Shown: one piece after another, positions 1-11,340 of the stretch
Numbering within the stretch: position 1 is the first letter of the stretch
Layout: each line of letters starts with the position of its first letter
NCBI GenBank assembly: GCA_030265395.1
Contig: JARFYF010000094.1
Location: 27,947,262 to 28,011,261, forward strand
Direction of reading: 5' to 3'
Length of the DNA stretch: 64,000 nucleotides
From: Rhina ancylostomus
Lineage: Eukaryota
Notes under the pieces: generated by a model
What the model saw: only the letters and a program-made list of their open reading frames with translations
Told to the model about the DNA's origin: nothing
The model's database searches: none
Made by a program: the position numbers and the translations under genes

Positions 1-229
1 TAGGCCAGGAAAGGTAATTTCTGCAGGACATAAGCTCTGGTCTATTCCAGGACAAATCCAGGATCCTTCTAAAGCCATACATGAAGTTAGCACCCACCAC
101 ACCAGCCGCAGTATATCTCAAAGGCTCAATATTCTCTAAAACAAAAGTTCTCAACGTACCATCGACTCTTCCTCAAAGATAAACTCATTTTCCTTTACCC
201 CTCCCAACCTGTTATTGACTAATTTCTTC

Positions 230-1530
230 TCTGTCTTGGAAAATCCCACAGGACTGAGGGTAACTTCCATTCTGATTTTGAAGATTCTGGGCTGGCTAAT
301 GAAATAAGTGTAGGAATCTTGACTCTTCCGCACATGTTGCAGGAAGTCCCTGATGGGGCAGGCTAGTGGGTGATTTGTGTGGTTGTGTACTCCTTCCAAC
401 ACTCATTCAGGCCCTCTGTGTGCTTCTGATATATGGCCTCATCAATACTGTCCTGAATGGTCTTTCTCTACTTTAAGCAGTCATGGGCTAGAGATTTCCA
501 GAAGATAGTGGGGATATTGCATTTCATCGGGGAGGCTTTAAGGACATGGTTAAATCTTTTCTTCTGTCTGTCTGGTAATCTCTTCCAGTGACAGAGGTCA
601 CAACACACTGGTCTGGTTCTGAGCTCTGTCTGAGCCTGGGAGTCTCGTGTCAGGCATGTAAATGACATGGCCTGCCCAGTGCAGACAATTGAATATAATG
701 GTACTAGGGATGTTGATCTGGAAGAGGTTGGTTCATGTGTCTTTTCTTTGAATTTGGGGNNNNNNNNNNAAGCATGTAAGAGGGCAGGGTCACTGCAGCC
801 CAAGAGACCATGAGTTTTGTGCCAGGACTGAGGTTTGGATCTTCAAATACCGTTCTCCTCAATGGACCCAAATGTGTGATGGTGCTATGAAGCAAGTGGT
901 AAATTTCATTATTAGTGTCTGCTTTTGCCTCTATATCTTCCATGAAGCTTTTTTGTTGGAAGGAAGTGTGGTTCATAGAGAGCCTTTATCTTACATGTAC
1001 GGTCTATCGTCCTGTCTGCTTCAGTGAAAATATTGACGATGGCTTGGAACTTGGCCTCAGAGCATGCAAAAAACACCATCTGCATACTGCAGCAAAGAAT
1101 GAGCTGCTGGAGGAACTCAGCGGGCCAGACAGCATTTGTGGAAGAAAATGGACAATCGATGATTCGGGTCAAGATATCACATCTAGACTGATGAGTGGTT
1201 TTGACCTGCAATGTCGACTGTCCATTTTCCTCCACTGGTGCTGCTGACTCACTAAGTTCTTCCAGCACCTTGCTTTATTGCTCCAGGTTCCAGCACTTGC
1301 TGTTTCTTCTGTCTCTATCTGCATGCTACAGCTTGATCACTGAGCTTTGGATAACATTGACTTTGTGGTATAGTTGCTGTAGGTTGAAAAGCTTCCTATT
1401 AGTTCTGAAGGTTAGTCCCTTTCTTGTAAAAGATTTGTTGAAGATGAGTTGAAACATTGTGTCAAGAAAGATTGAAATGTGTTGGGGCAATGAACCAGCC
1501 TTATTTGAAACTACCACTCAATAAGGCATT
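230..1530 (-). mobile_element. Decayed RTE-clade LINE, reverse-transcriptase C-terminal half and 3' end, interrupted at 1094-1316
   Basis: Minus-strand fragments read ...FRTNRKLFNLQQL, LQYADGVF (degenerate YADD), ACSEAKFQAIVNIFTEA, LRRTVFEDPNLSPGTKLMV, QKKRFNHVLKASPMKCNIP and a terminal CxxC-like remnant (SCNMCGR). These resemble RTE/BovB-type ORFs; many frameshifts. Confidence 0.85.
1094..1316. mobile_element. Palindromic Penelope-derived short repeat with 16-bp target-site duplication
   Basis: The arms at ~1106-1183 and ~1188-1267 are imperfect reverse complements. The insert is flanked by ATCTGCATACTGCAGC (1078-1093) and ATCTGCATGCTACAGC (1317-1332). Same family as 36340-36550. Confidence 0.8.
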
Positions 1531-1559
1531 ATTTAAATTTAAAGACCAAAGTCCTTGAA

Positions 1560-2460
1560 TATTATATCTAAGTATTTTTTAAGAAAGGGATCAGTTTTTG
1601 TAACTTTTCTCTAGACCATTTCCAAAGCTTTTTTATCACCATCACATCACCAAAACCAGACACCTTATTCCAGTTGCTGTCTAGCCTGAGACCCATATTA
1701 TGACAAGTTAAAGTCTATTGGTTTGTATGGAATTCTTAATAAGACTGATCTAACTTCAGTTGCTCTATATTGTTCATGAACAACTCAGAACTTTTTCCCT
1801 CTTATTGTTTCCTGTAAATTTACATGGAGTCTGTATTAAACTTATCAACTTAGATAACACTACATTTTTTTCAAAATCAAATACTGTTTGGCATTGTGTG
1901 GCCCATTCTCCAATGACACCTAAACCTTCTTGCATTTGATTGCACCCTTCCACAATTTTAACTCTTGCACAGATTCTGGTGTCACCTCAAGTAACTGACT
2001 GTTAGAGCCTTCACTAAAGCCAGTGGACAGTGGTGAGTGTTTCTCCTAGTAGAATCAGTCTAGTAATCTAGAAACATAACTCCAGGCTGATTCTTTAATT
2101 ATATTTCTTTGCCTTGGAGGAATTGTAAACAATTCATGAACAAATGTTTCAAACTTTGATCACAAAGTGAAATTATGCAATGAGGAATATTTTATCAAAG
2201 ATGTGGAAAAATATTCCAGGTTGTTTGTTTCCCTCATTTGGAACTCTAAAATGTGCTTCAAAAATAGTTTTTGGCAGCTTGATCCGTTCTTTTCATAATT
2301 TTTATGTGAATTTCTCATCGCTCCTTAACTTTCTTATTGATTTTTAAGAACTTCTCTGGGGAGCCCTTCTCGGGCCTTCTCAATAATGAATGTTAGACTG
2401 ATATGCCTGTACCTCCCTGGCTCTGATGTAACATACCTATATATTGAAGAGTCAAAGCGG
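1560..2460 (-). mobile_element. Very old CR1-like LINE remnant
   Basis: The minus strand near 1650-1690 reads ARQQLE*GVWFW, resembling the CR1 motif VRPHLEYCVQFW. Confidence 0.45.
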
Positions 2461-2504
2461 CTTCCAGTCTAACTTTTTTAACTATTGAAGGTGCAAAACA
2501 GGGA

Positions 2505-2860
2505 CTTAGAACAATAATGTGGCACAGCACAGAAGGAGACAATTTGGCCCACGGTACCCCTGCTGGTTACTTGATAGAGATAGCCACCAAGTCCCACTTC
2601 TCCCTTTTCTCCCCATACACCAGAACGTTGCATCTTTCAAGACTTCCCTTTCTAAAAGTTATTATAAAATATATGCTGCCCCTTGATCTTTTCCCAATCA
2701 TGTTAAATCTATCCTTTGTTTATTGTTCCTTTTGCCACTGGAAATAGTTTCTCTNNNNTTAATTGGTCAAAACTTATTTAGATTTTAAACACTTCCTCTT
2801 AATGCCTGCATCGCGATGGAGAATGACCCTAGATTCTCCAATCTCTCCACACAAGTGAAT
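2505..2860 (-). mobile_element. CR1 LINE 3' end remnant
   Basis: Typical reverse-complement CR1 tail (…cacagaaggagacaatttggccc…), similar to other CR1 3' ends in the window. Confidence 0.5.
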
Positions 2861-3429
2861 TCTTTCCCTACTAGTAGTTTAGCCCTATCAGCCTGAGGGT
2901 GAATTTCTGTTGATGCAGCCTCTTTTAATAAAGTCAAGGCTCCTGTATGTTTTTTGAAATTTGTGAACAAACAGCCATGGTCCCACTCTGTCCCTATACC
3001 CATGATAAAACTGTAGTTTAGTTTACATTGGCTCTTCCCATTGTTCCCACTAAAATGTTTCTGATGCAAACTTGTGGTTTATCCTCACTGTTGTAACACG
3101 AGAATCAGTTTAAATCTGCCCCGCAATGTCCTTTCATGTCCTGCACTCACTTTCTTTTTAATTTGATGGGCAAATGATTGGAATTTTGACCAAATACTGA
3201 ATAACCATTATTGCAGATTAAGAGTAAAATGGGATTAAATCTGATAATGCATGTAAACCAATCCAGGAATCACAAGGTGTAATTAACCAACACACTTTGA
3301 GTGGAATGCAGGCAGCATGCCAGCACTGTGAGTGCAGCATCAGTCAATGCTCACCATTCTGTTCATTAGCTTAGTGCATCAGTGGGAGCTAATATCACAG
3401 GTGGTTCCATTTAAAGCTAGTCTGCACTA

Positions 3430-5700
3430 TTTAAAGGGACGGTTCATTGTGGTCGTGCAGGTTCTGGCTTTTGACCTAGAAGTAAACTTGGTAATCGACG
3501 TACAAGAGAGAGATGAGTTGCTATGGATTTCTGAGGCTCAATTGTGCCAGCCACTGCTCAATTAATCACATCACATCACTTACCAAACAAATATCAGTGA
3601 GAACTCGTACATAGTATTCACATACTCTACGCATACGCACAAACTGGCATGGCTACAGGCCTTGTATACATATATCACAGCTCATTCACATAGTCAATCA
3701 TTCAACATTCCCCAGGAGTTGCACACTTCCCACTCTTTTGCAGGATGAGGTAACTAACACACAATCAGAGGCAGCAGCAGCTAACTGGAGAGGGCCTGGT
3801 GCATCTACTCACCCCAACCACCATGTGGAGCCAGTGCTGGCCATGAACAGAATGACCATTGCTGGGACCAATGGCAGAAGTGGGATTGAAACCTTTAAAG
3901 TATTCTCTTAAATCCTCCTCACATACCACCAACTCCATTCCACACCTAAATTATAAATTGTAGATGATGTAAGAGATGAATAAGACACCTCTTCCTTACC
4001 CTGTCTCTCTGCTCCACAGCCTCCATCCCTTTATTTCCCTGATGGGGCAATGTGGGAATAGTAAAAAGGTAGCAGCAATGAATGGATATTGCCACTCAAT
4101 TTCACACTTGCAACCATCAACTCTTGCACTCAGCTTGGAAAATAACATAGATGCAAGGTGCGATGTAGGACTCAAGTGGCCTGCAGCAAGGACTGCATGA
4201 ACAAGCTAGCACTTTTGCCACCCTTTGAAGGGTAAAATTTCATCTGCATTCTGCTGTTGAAGATTCAGATAAGGACCAGCCAACATAAGAAAGCATAATA
4301 TAAGATGCTTAGTTCATTGAGAAGTCTGTCAGAAAGCCCAATTACTGAGCAAGGAGAAAGGAGGGAGTCCAGCAACAAGTTGGCATAATTCCTTACATTA
4401 AGCTTGAAGTCCAAGGTGTCCTATGTAGAAGTGGTAAGAAGTCCCATTCCTTTTACGGACTTGTGGACCCAAAAATGCTTGTCAGGGAAAACAACAAATG
4501 CCCAATATATGTGTGCTGCACTGGAAGTCTGACCACTGCCACACGAGGTCAGCTTGCTGCCAGCATGGTTGTGCATTTGTGAGAAAAGGAGCTTGCTGGG
4601 TTTCAGGGGCTTCTACAACAACAGCAGATTACTAGGGATTGCATTAGACAGGAAAATACACGTGGAAGACAGGCAATAAAAGAGGGAACAGAAGGGTAAT
4701 TAGTCTACTGTCAAATAAAATATTGCATGATTTCATTTATAAATTTAGTTTGAATGTTTATTTAACAATGGCTTTTATTCTGATGTTGTTCTGTGTGGCT
4801 AATTGTTGGAGGTTAGGTAGGTTGTGGGACTGTTATTGAATTGGGGTTTATTGTCACTGGGTCACACTAGATGATGGACTTCATGGTCAGTCCATGCAGA
4901 AAGGAGCAGTCTGATGTGCCAAAGGTCACCTTCTTCCTCTTCCTCACCCTCTTGATCTTCATAATCTTTTTCTTCTGCTGTTAACTGTACAACACCCAAC
5001 AGACCACCATGAATCTTGACAGCAGTTCTGTCAAACACTGCAGGCTGAATCCAGAGGCAGGGGTATCATTGGTCTACTTAATAAATCGAGTAGCATCTGT
5101 GGAGAAATAGTGATTGACCTACTGAATATTTCTGTTTTTGTTTCAGATGTCTAGCATCTACAGTACATTGCTTTCTGATTGATCTGCTCTCCTGCATTTT
5201 ATGTGCAATACTACTCTTAAGGAATTCATGTAGTGAACTTTTGTACAGTAGGTTATGCACCAGAGGTTTCAGGAATGTCATCAGCAGATGCTCCATCACA
5301 CCTGGAATGCACCTTTTGGTTTGTTCTGGTGCCTTGAATGCAGTAGGGTTCTGCTAGGATACAGGGCATTGACCTGCCAGATGTATGGCCTCTATTCACT
5401 TTCCAGTTTGGCATTGAAGAAGTGGGATCTCTTCACTATCCAGTTTGGGTGGAACTAATATGCAGTGTGTGCTATGCCTGTGGCCAATGACAGGCTGCAC
5501 CATGGGGAAGCCTGTAATTCTCATGTAGTGGCAAGCTTCCTCCACCAGCTGGTCTCTGGCAAGAGGGATCAAAAGATGGCTATCTCCCTTTGAAAAAAGA
5601 GCCTTAGGAACCTCATTAATGGTTATTCCACACCAAGACTTTGTAACCTCCAATTTGGAAGGAGCCAGTCAGATAGAAGTTCCATTCCTTGATAGCCACT
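3430..5700. mobile_element. Decayed PIF/Harbinger DNA transposon: transposase on - (~4860-5700), probable Myb/SANT partner on + (~3430-4600)
   Basis: The minus ORF 5396-5653 INEVPKALF...RITGFPMVQ resembles HARBI1-type IREVTDALF...IAGFPMVQGAID. It is followed by QVNALYP, LLMTFLKP and an acidic tail. The plus strand has DLEVNLVIDVQERDELL, a weak Myb/SANT-like N-terminus. Confidence 0.7.
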
Positions 5701-5734
5701 TACAATGTGGTTCTTGCCCTGTTCTGAACTCATG

Positions 5735-6270
5735 TTAAGAACATAAGAAGTAAAGGCAGGAGTAGGCAATGTGGCTCTACCTGTCTAATCTGCCATTCAA
5801 TTAGATTGTATCTGATTTTTCCCACTGTGTTACCTTCCTACCCTTCCCTCATATTCTTTGATTTGCTTAATATCTAAAAGTCTATCACTCCATGGCTTGA
5901 AAATATTCATGAAGGTACTCCCTAGTTGAAGAATTTTTTTCTCATCTCTGACCACAGTGATTGACCCTTATTTCAAAATGGTGACCCATGGACAGGGAAA
6001 ACATCATTTCTATATCTGTTCTGTCCCTCTGCAAATCTTGTATATTTCATTGGCACCATCTTTCATTCTTTTAAACTCAAGTGATATAGCCCAGTCTTCT
6101 TAATCTCTCCTCATACAACAAAGCTGTTATCTCCGGAATCAATCTGGTAAACTCTGTACTCTCTCTGTCGCAGGTGTATACCTTCTCAGGCGGGAAAATC
6201 TGACATGTTACATGATATTCCAGATGCAGTCTCACTAGGGCCCTGTATAATTGGAACAGGATATCTCTAC
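5735..6270 (-). mobile_element. CR1 LINE 3' end
   Basis: Minus strand reads YRALVRLHLEY near 6215-6250. The tail taagaacataagaag...ggagtaggc lies at ~5737. Confidence 0.8.
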
Positions 6271-8539
6271 TGTAATCATGTCTGGAGGAAACGGCATATT
6301 TCAGTGTGGGCCTCCTCAGTTAAGTTCTGATGTCTTTCAGATAGTTCCTCCCTGAAAATCTGGATAGATATGGTATCATGTTGTGAAACCTTGTCCTAAT
6401 CCTCTTCCTTACTCTGGTCACAGCTTGCTCTGCTCTGTGTGCCCTCTGCTAATTCCTCCAGTCATGCTGTATTTCAAGGGAATGTGTAATAGTGCACCTG
6501 TATCTAAGAAAAAAACAATCATGCTAAAGCCTTGAATAAAGTCATCACTTGGTGAAGCCTCTTGATACCTGAAACAACTACAGAAAACAATAAGCAATTG
6601 CAGAATTGTAGAAAAAAAGGCAAAACAAACTAATCCACAACTAACCTGTGAGTAGCTAATGAATACTTCAAATACTGAAGAGTTGGTAGTGGTGAAGGGA
6701 ACCTTCCTGTTGCTTAACACAAGTTTATACTTGTGAGGTTAAGAGAGGGTGTTGAACTCCAAAATGGCTGTGCTCTCATCAAATGGTATTGCATGTTGAT
6801 TAACATCATGATCTCCCAACTTTGCATTTATCCGACATCTGCAAACTGCTGGCAGGCGAAAGCACTGACCAAATTGGTGCAATTCACCCTGAATGTGTTT
6901 GTGTGCACACTTAGCACACTGTAAATGGTCTGTTCACCAAGAGAAATGCTTGCCAGGAATTTTAAGGTGAATTGGCAGGCATACAATAAAATGGCAGGGT
7001 TTTTAATGCCTTGATGGTGGATTGGTTTATTCTTCAGAAGCCTCTTGATTCAAGTCTGCAGCCTTGCAATTTAAATAAGCATTAATGACAGAGTTATCAA
7101 GAGAGTGCCAGTAATAGTATCAAACTTGCTGCTTCAGTTCTATAATTGACAGGTTTGGGACAGCTCCAGAATATGAAAGTTTAGCAGGAAGTTAATTCCT
7201 GTTGGAATTACTAAATAAATTATTCACATGGCAGACGGTTAACCAGAAATTCACCAATAATAAAATAAAAACATACTAATGTATGAAATAAAATGTTTGC
7301 AATACAAAGTAAGAAGGTTAGATTTTGAAATTAGTTTAATGTTTCAATGATTTAAGTATGAGTAGCTTCAGTGGTAAATCTTGAGTTCAAGAGAGTCATA
7401 AAAATATGTTTGGTCTCCATGGTTGAATAACTTATGCAAATACTAGTCTATTGATTAAAATATGTTCCTAGATTTCATTTTCCCATGTATATAAACATTT
7501 CTCGTTTGGAATAAAAAGCACAATTATGCAATTATTTAGAGCCTAGAAGAATTATTTATGGGTAGAATACAAATAATTGATTATAGATGAGTGAGGTACC
7601 CCGTTAATGTGGTTCTCAAAGATATAGTTAAATGACAGTCTTAATTAGTCAACCTGCAGACATACCAATACTCATAATTAATCCAATGTACAGTATTTAT
7701 AAACTGTTTTCACCAAAGTAGTTCAGAACACTATCTGAGCTTTTGAAAAAGTGTACATCATGTAGTCAATGCTAAAACATAAAAAGTATTACAGTGGATA
7801 TCTGAGATATTCTGTGGGCTAGGTTAATGAATAAGAATGCGATCCATTGAGGGTTCATGGGAATGGAGGTGTTAAGTGGTGAGTTCAGACCAATATGGAA
7901 CTGGCTGACCAATTTCCTGCAGTAACTGCCATGTAAAGCTAAAATTTTCCCCTCTTAGTTCTGTGGTAAGTGTTTATTCTACCCCAGTGATAATAATAGA
8001 TAATATCAACAACAAGTGTAATTTTTTAATCTACCCTGAGATCCAAAATTTAAAATTAAATAAGTGCAGCAATTGAAAATTCACTTGGCACGGATGATAA
8101 ATAAATGTGTATTGTTGAAAATAGATGTACATTCCAGTATTGTTCATTAAAAGGTCTGAAATCCTGACACTAAAGACATGTTATAAGGTAGATATATAAA
8201 GTATTGGCATAGATATATTTGTCCAATAGCTCTTAGTTCTCAAGTAGTGCAGACACCAGTCTTTAGTGTTATATTCCGTGTTTTTTTGCCTCCACTGTCT
8301 GAAATTCTTTTAATAGCAGCAGTTCCTTTGATAACTTTACATTCATAAGTGCAGAAGGCACTCAAGTAAGGTGAATATTTCCTGCAGAATAAATTATTTT
8401 CCAGTGATCACACAGCTTCAAAATAAAATGAAACATAACATATTGTATAGCTAAGAAGAGATTCTTTTATATGCAGTAGCACAGTGAAGTTATTAATGCT
8501 TTGATGCAAGAAAAGTTCTCAAAGGCAAATTCTGATGTG

Positions 8540-8898
8540 GTCTAAACTATACGCATCAGGAACCTTCCTGTTTTTGATCAACTTTATAAGCTGTCATGAG
8601 CTTTGTGGCTTCCAGTAAGTCTGCCCATTTTTTTTGCAGACTCAGATTCCTCCAGTAAGAATGCAGCATTTCTTCTCTAATGTGAATGTGCTGCCCTCAA
8701 CAAATACAACTGAGGCAGTGCCTGATTTGGTATAATATCTTTCTATCTCTCATGTTGATTTTCTCTTTTGCTGTACATCTATTCTTAAAGTGAGTCCAAG
8801 AGCTACTGTCCATCAGAAGGATTTTCAAATTTTAATTTTAGTATGAGCCAGATTCTGTTTGTTTGTGGAGTGAAATTGGATTATAATTTTTTCTGTAA
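8540..8898 (+). promoter_or_regulatory. Probable internal promoter / 5' UTR of the short SYNPR isoform
   Basis: Sequence with no recognisable repeats directly upstream of the MCMVIFAP ATG, which has an in-frame TAA immediately 5' of it. It contains an ETS-like CTTCCTGT (~8564) and a TATA-like TTTATAAG (8583-8590). The TSS cannot be determined from sequence. Confidence 0.4.
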
Positions 8899-8922
8899 AT
8901 GTGTATGGTGATATTTGCTCCG
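8899..8922 (+). CDS. SYNPR: Synaptoporin, first coding segment of the short isoform (MCMVIFAP)
   Basis: ATG TGT ATG GTG ATA TTT GCT CCG is followed by the consensus donor GTAAGT at 8923. The peptide matches the N-terminus of mammalian synaptoporin as I recall it ([20 protein letters not shown]...). Phase 0 joins in frame to the exon at 42215. Confidence 0.93.
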
Positions 8923-9989
8923 GTAAGTAAAGGATAATTTTTTTAGTATCTGAAAAAATTGTAAGCAATGAAGCTTTAATTAAACATTTTGTTGTATAAT
9001 TAGTAGAACAATGTTTTTATATGTAACGATTAGAAGAAATTATGTAGTGCTATTGGATATAAGAGTAAGTTATATTGTCTCCTTTTGACTTTGGTAAATG
9101 TTTTGACATTCCCTTCCTGTTTATAAATTGCACATAATACATTAAAGATTGTTAATTTTTCTGTCAGCTTAACTGAAAACCTGTAAGAATATATGGTAGA
9201 TTTCATATCGTTGTGAATTATTTGCTTATTTGTTCATAGTGAACATTGCTCTACAGATATTCTTGGCACACAGAAGGGATTATAGAATCCCTTGAGGCTG
9301 AGTTTTAAAACAATAAAGAAAAGAAAGACAATGATTGTTGCTTCCCCCCACTAGATTTATCAAGGGATAACCATTTTAGAAGCCCCAATAATTTTTATAA
9401 GAGAATTTTAATTCACTGATGGAACATTGACATAGCTTACAAATGTATCTAGATGGCGTTAAGCCTCTGGAATGAGGCATATTTGCAATNNNNNNNNNNN
9501 NNNNNNNNNNNNNNNNNNNNNNNNNNNNNNNNNNNNNNNNNNNNNNNNNNNNNNNNNNNNNNNNNNNNNNNNNNNNNNNNNNNNNNNNNTGAGGCATATT
9601 TGCAATTAGTAGACAGAACAATTATATTTACTGATATTTTTTCAGCAGCTAATGAAGTAGACTTGCAGCCTTAAAATTACAACCTTAATATAAGTGTGAA
9701 AGCTATTGCAAACAGCATTCTATTTTAGACATATTTATTGAAATCATTTGCTTATTTGATGAGATTTGCAAAATGCTTGACAGTTTGGAACTATTTTGTC
9801 AAAGATTAAAAGTGAGAATAGGAATAAAGTGAATTTTAAAAACACTGTGAAGATATCAATTGAAACTCTTCTATGTGTCTCAAGTTATGGTTGGCAATAA
9901 TTTATTATGATGGAATTAATAAACCACAGAAAAAACTAATTCATAGATATGGCCAACATGCAATATTTTTTCTCAGTCATTATTTAATT

Positions 9990-11340
9990 CCCCCTCAGAA
10001 GGTGATATTCAGAACTTCTTGAACCACTATGGTCCTCATGGTGAAGGTACTGCCACAATAGTGATGGAAAGGGAATTCCAGGATTTAGACCCAATGACAA
10101 TAAGGACTGACAAGGATTTGCAGGTGCTATCAAAGAAATTTTGATGAAATATGTCAGGGCATCTTATATGCGGGGCACAATGTAATGATGATGCAAGGAA
10201 GCTGAAGGAGATGGATGGGCTGCATTGTCCTGAAATGCGTTTGTGCTTTTTGAATGTAACTAAGGCTCCACCCAGTGAGGCAACTGGACCCTTTCACTTG
10301 TCAGCCATTGCCATATATGGGCATGGATTACATCAGAATCTGAACAGAAGCAAATTGAACTGACCATTGTACAAAGATCAGTGAACATCACTACTAGTGA
10401 GCTTATAAGCAAGAGAAGTTCATTGATGGAGTTGAAGGTATTTGGCCAGAGGATACTTCCTCCGAGGACCTACTGTGATAGATTGAGTTGAGATCATTGG
10501 TAGCCAACAACTGCAAATATCTTCATTATCTTTGGTAGGATTCCCACATGTAAAGAATTTTCCTCTTAAACTCCAATTTAACTAGGGGCTCTTGATGCCA
10601 CGATCAATCACATATTACTCTTGTAGTCACGCTCACCTCACATCTAGAATTTAGCCCTTGGAACAAGGTTGAAATGATGGTGAGAGAAAAGTGGTCCTAG
10701 CAGAACACAACTGAGCAAGGTATTGATAAACAAATGCTTGACAGCACTGCCGATAATTTCTGTGACTTTGAGAGTTGACCAATAAAGTGGTAATTGGCCA
10801 GACTGGATTTGTCGGTGTGTGTTGTGCACCGAACAAACTGTGCAAGTTTGCCCATTGTTGGATTGATGCTAATGTTGCAACTGCACTGAAATGGCTTGGC
10901 TGAAGGCATAGTTAGTTGTGAAGAACATCTTCATCACTGCAGCCAGGATGTTCCCCATTCCCAAAGCATCTGGTGCACTCAGCCATCTCTTGACCTGATA
11001 TAGATTGAATCAAATTGGCTTAAGACAGGTTTCATTGATAATGAGGATCTCAGGAGATCTACAAAGTTTTCAGCATTGCCTTTCAGATTAATGTCCTAAC
11101 CCTCTGTCACTGAGGATGGGAATGTTCATGGAGCTCTTCCTCCAATCTAATTATCCACCACCATTCACTGTTGAATGTGCCAGGTTTGCAGCTTTGATCT
11201 GAGCCATTGGTAATGGGATTGCATAGATCCATTTATAACATTCTACGTCTGTTGATTAACATGCATGTAATTCCTTGTTGTGGCTTCACTTGGTTCACAG
11301 CTTATTTTTTTGAGACGGCTGGTGTTACACTTGGAATTAA
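9990..11340 (-). mobile_element. Decayed LINE (CR1/L2/Jockey-group RT)
   Basis: Minus ORFs read AKPFQCSCNISINPTMGKLAQ...DKSSLANY and LKVTEIIGSAVKHL, resembling LFQYSYNTGIYPTMWKIAQVCPVHKKQDKSNPANYRPISLL. Confidence 0.75.

Noticed and set aside
9473-9606. Direct repeats flanking ~100-N gaps (also around 45336-45435, 51052-51151 and 53082-53180)
   Set aside because: Identical sequence on both sides of placeholder gaps indicates unmerged overlapping contig ends, not biological repeats or CRISPR-like arrays.
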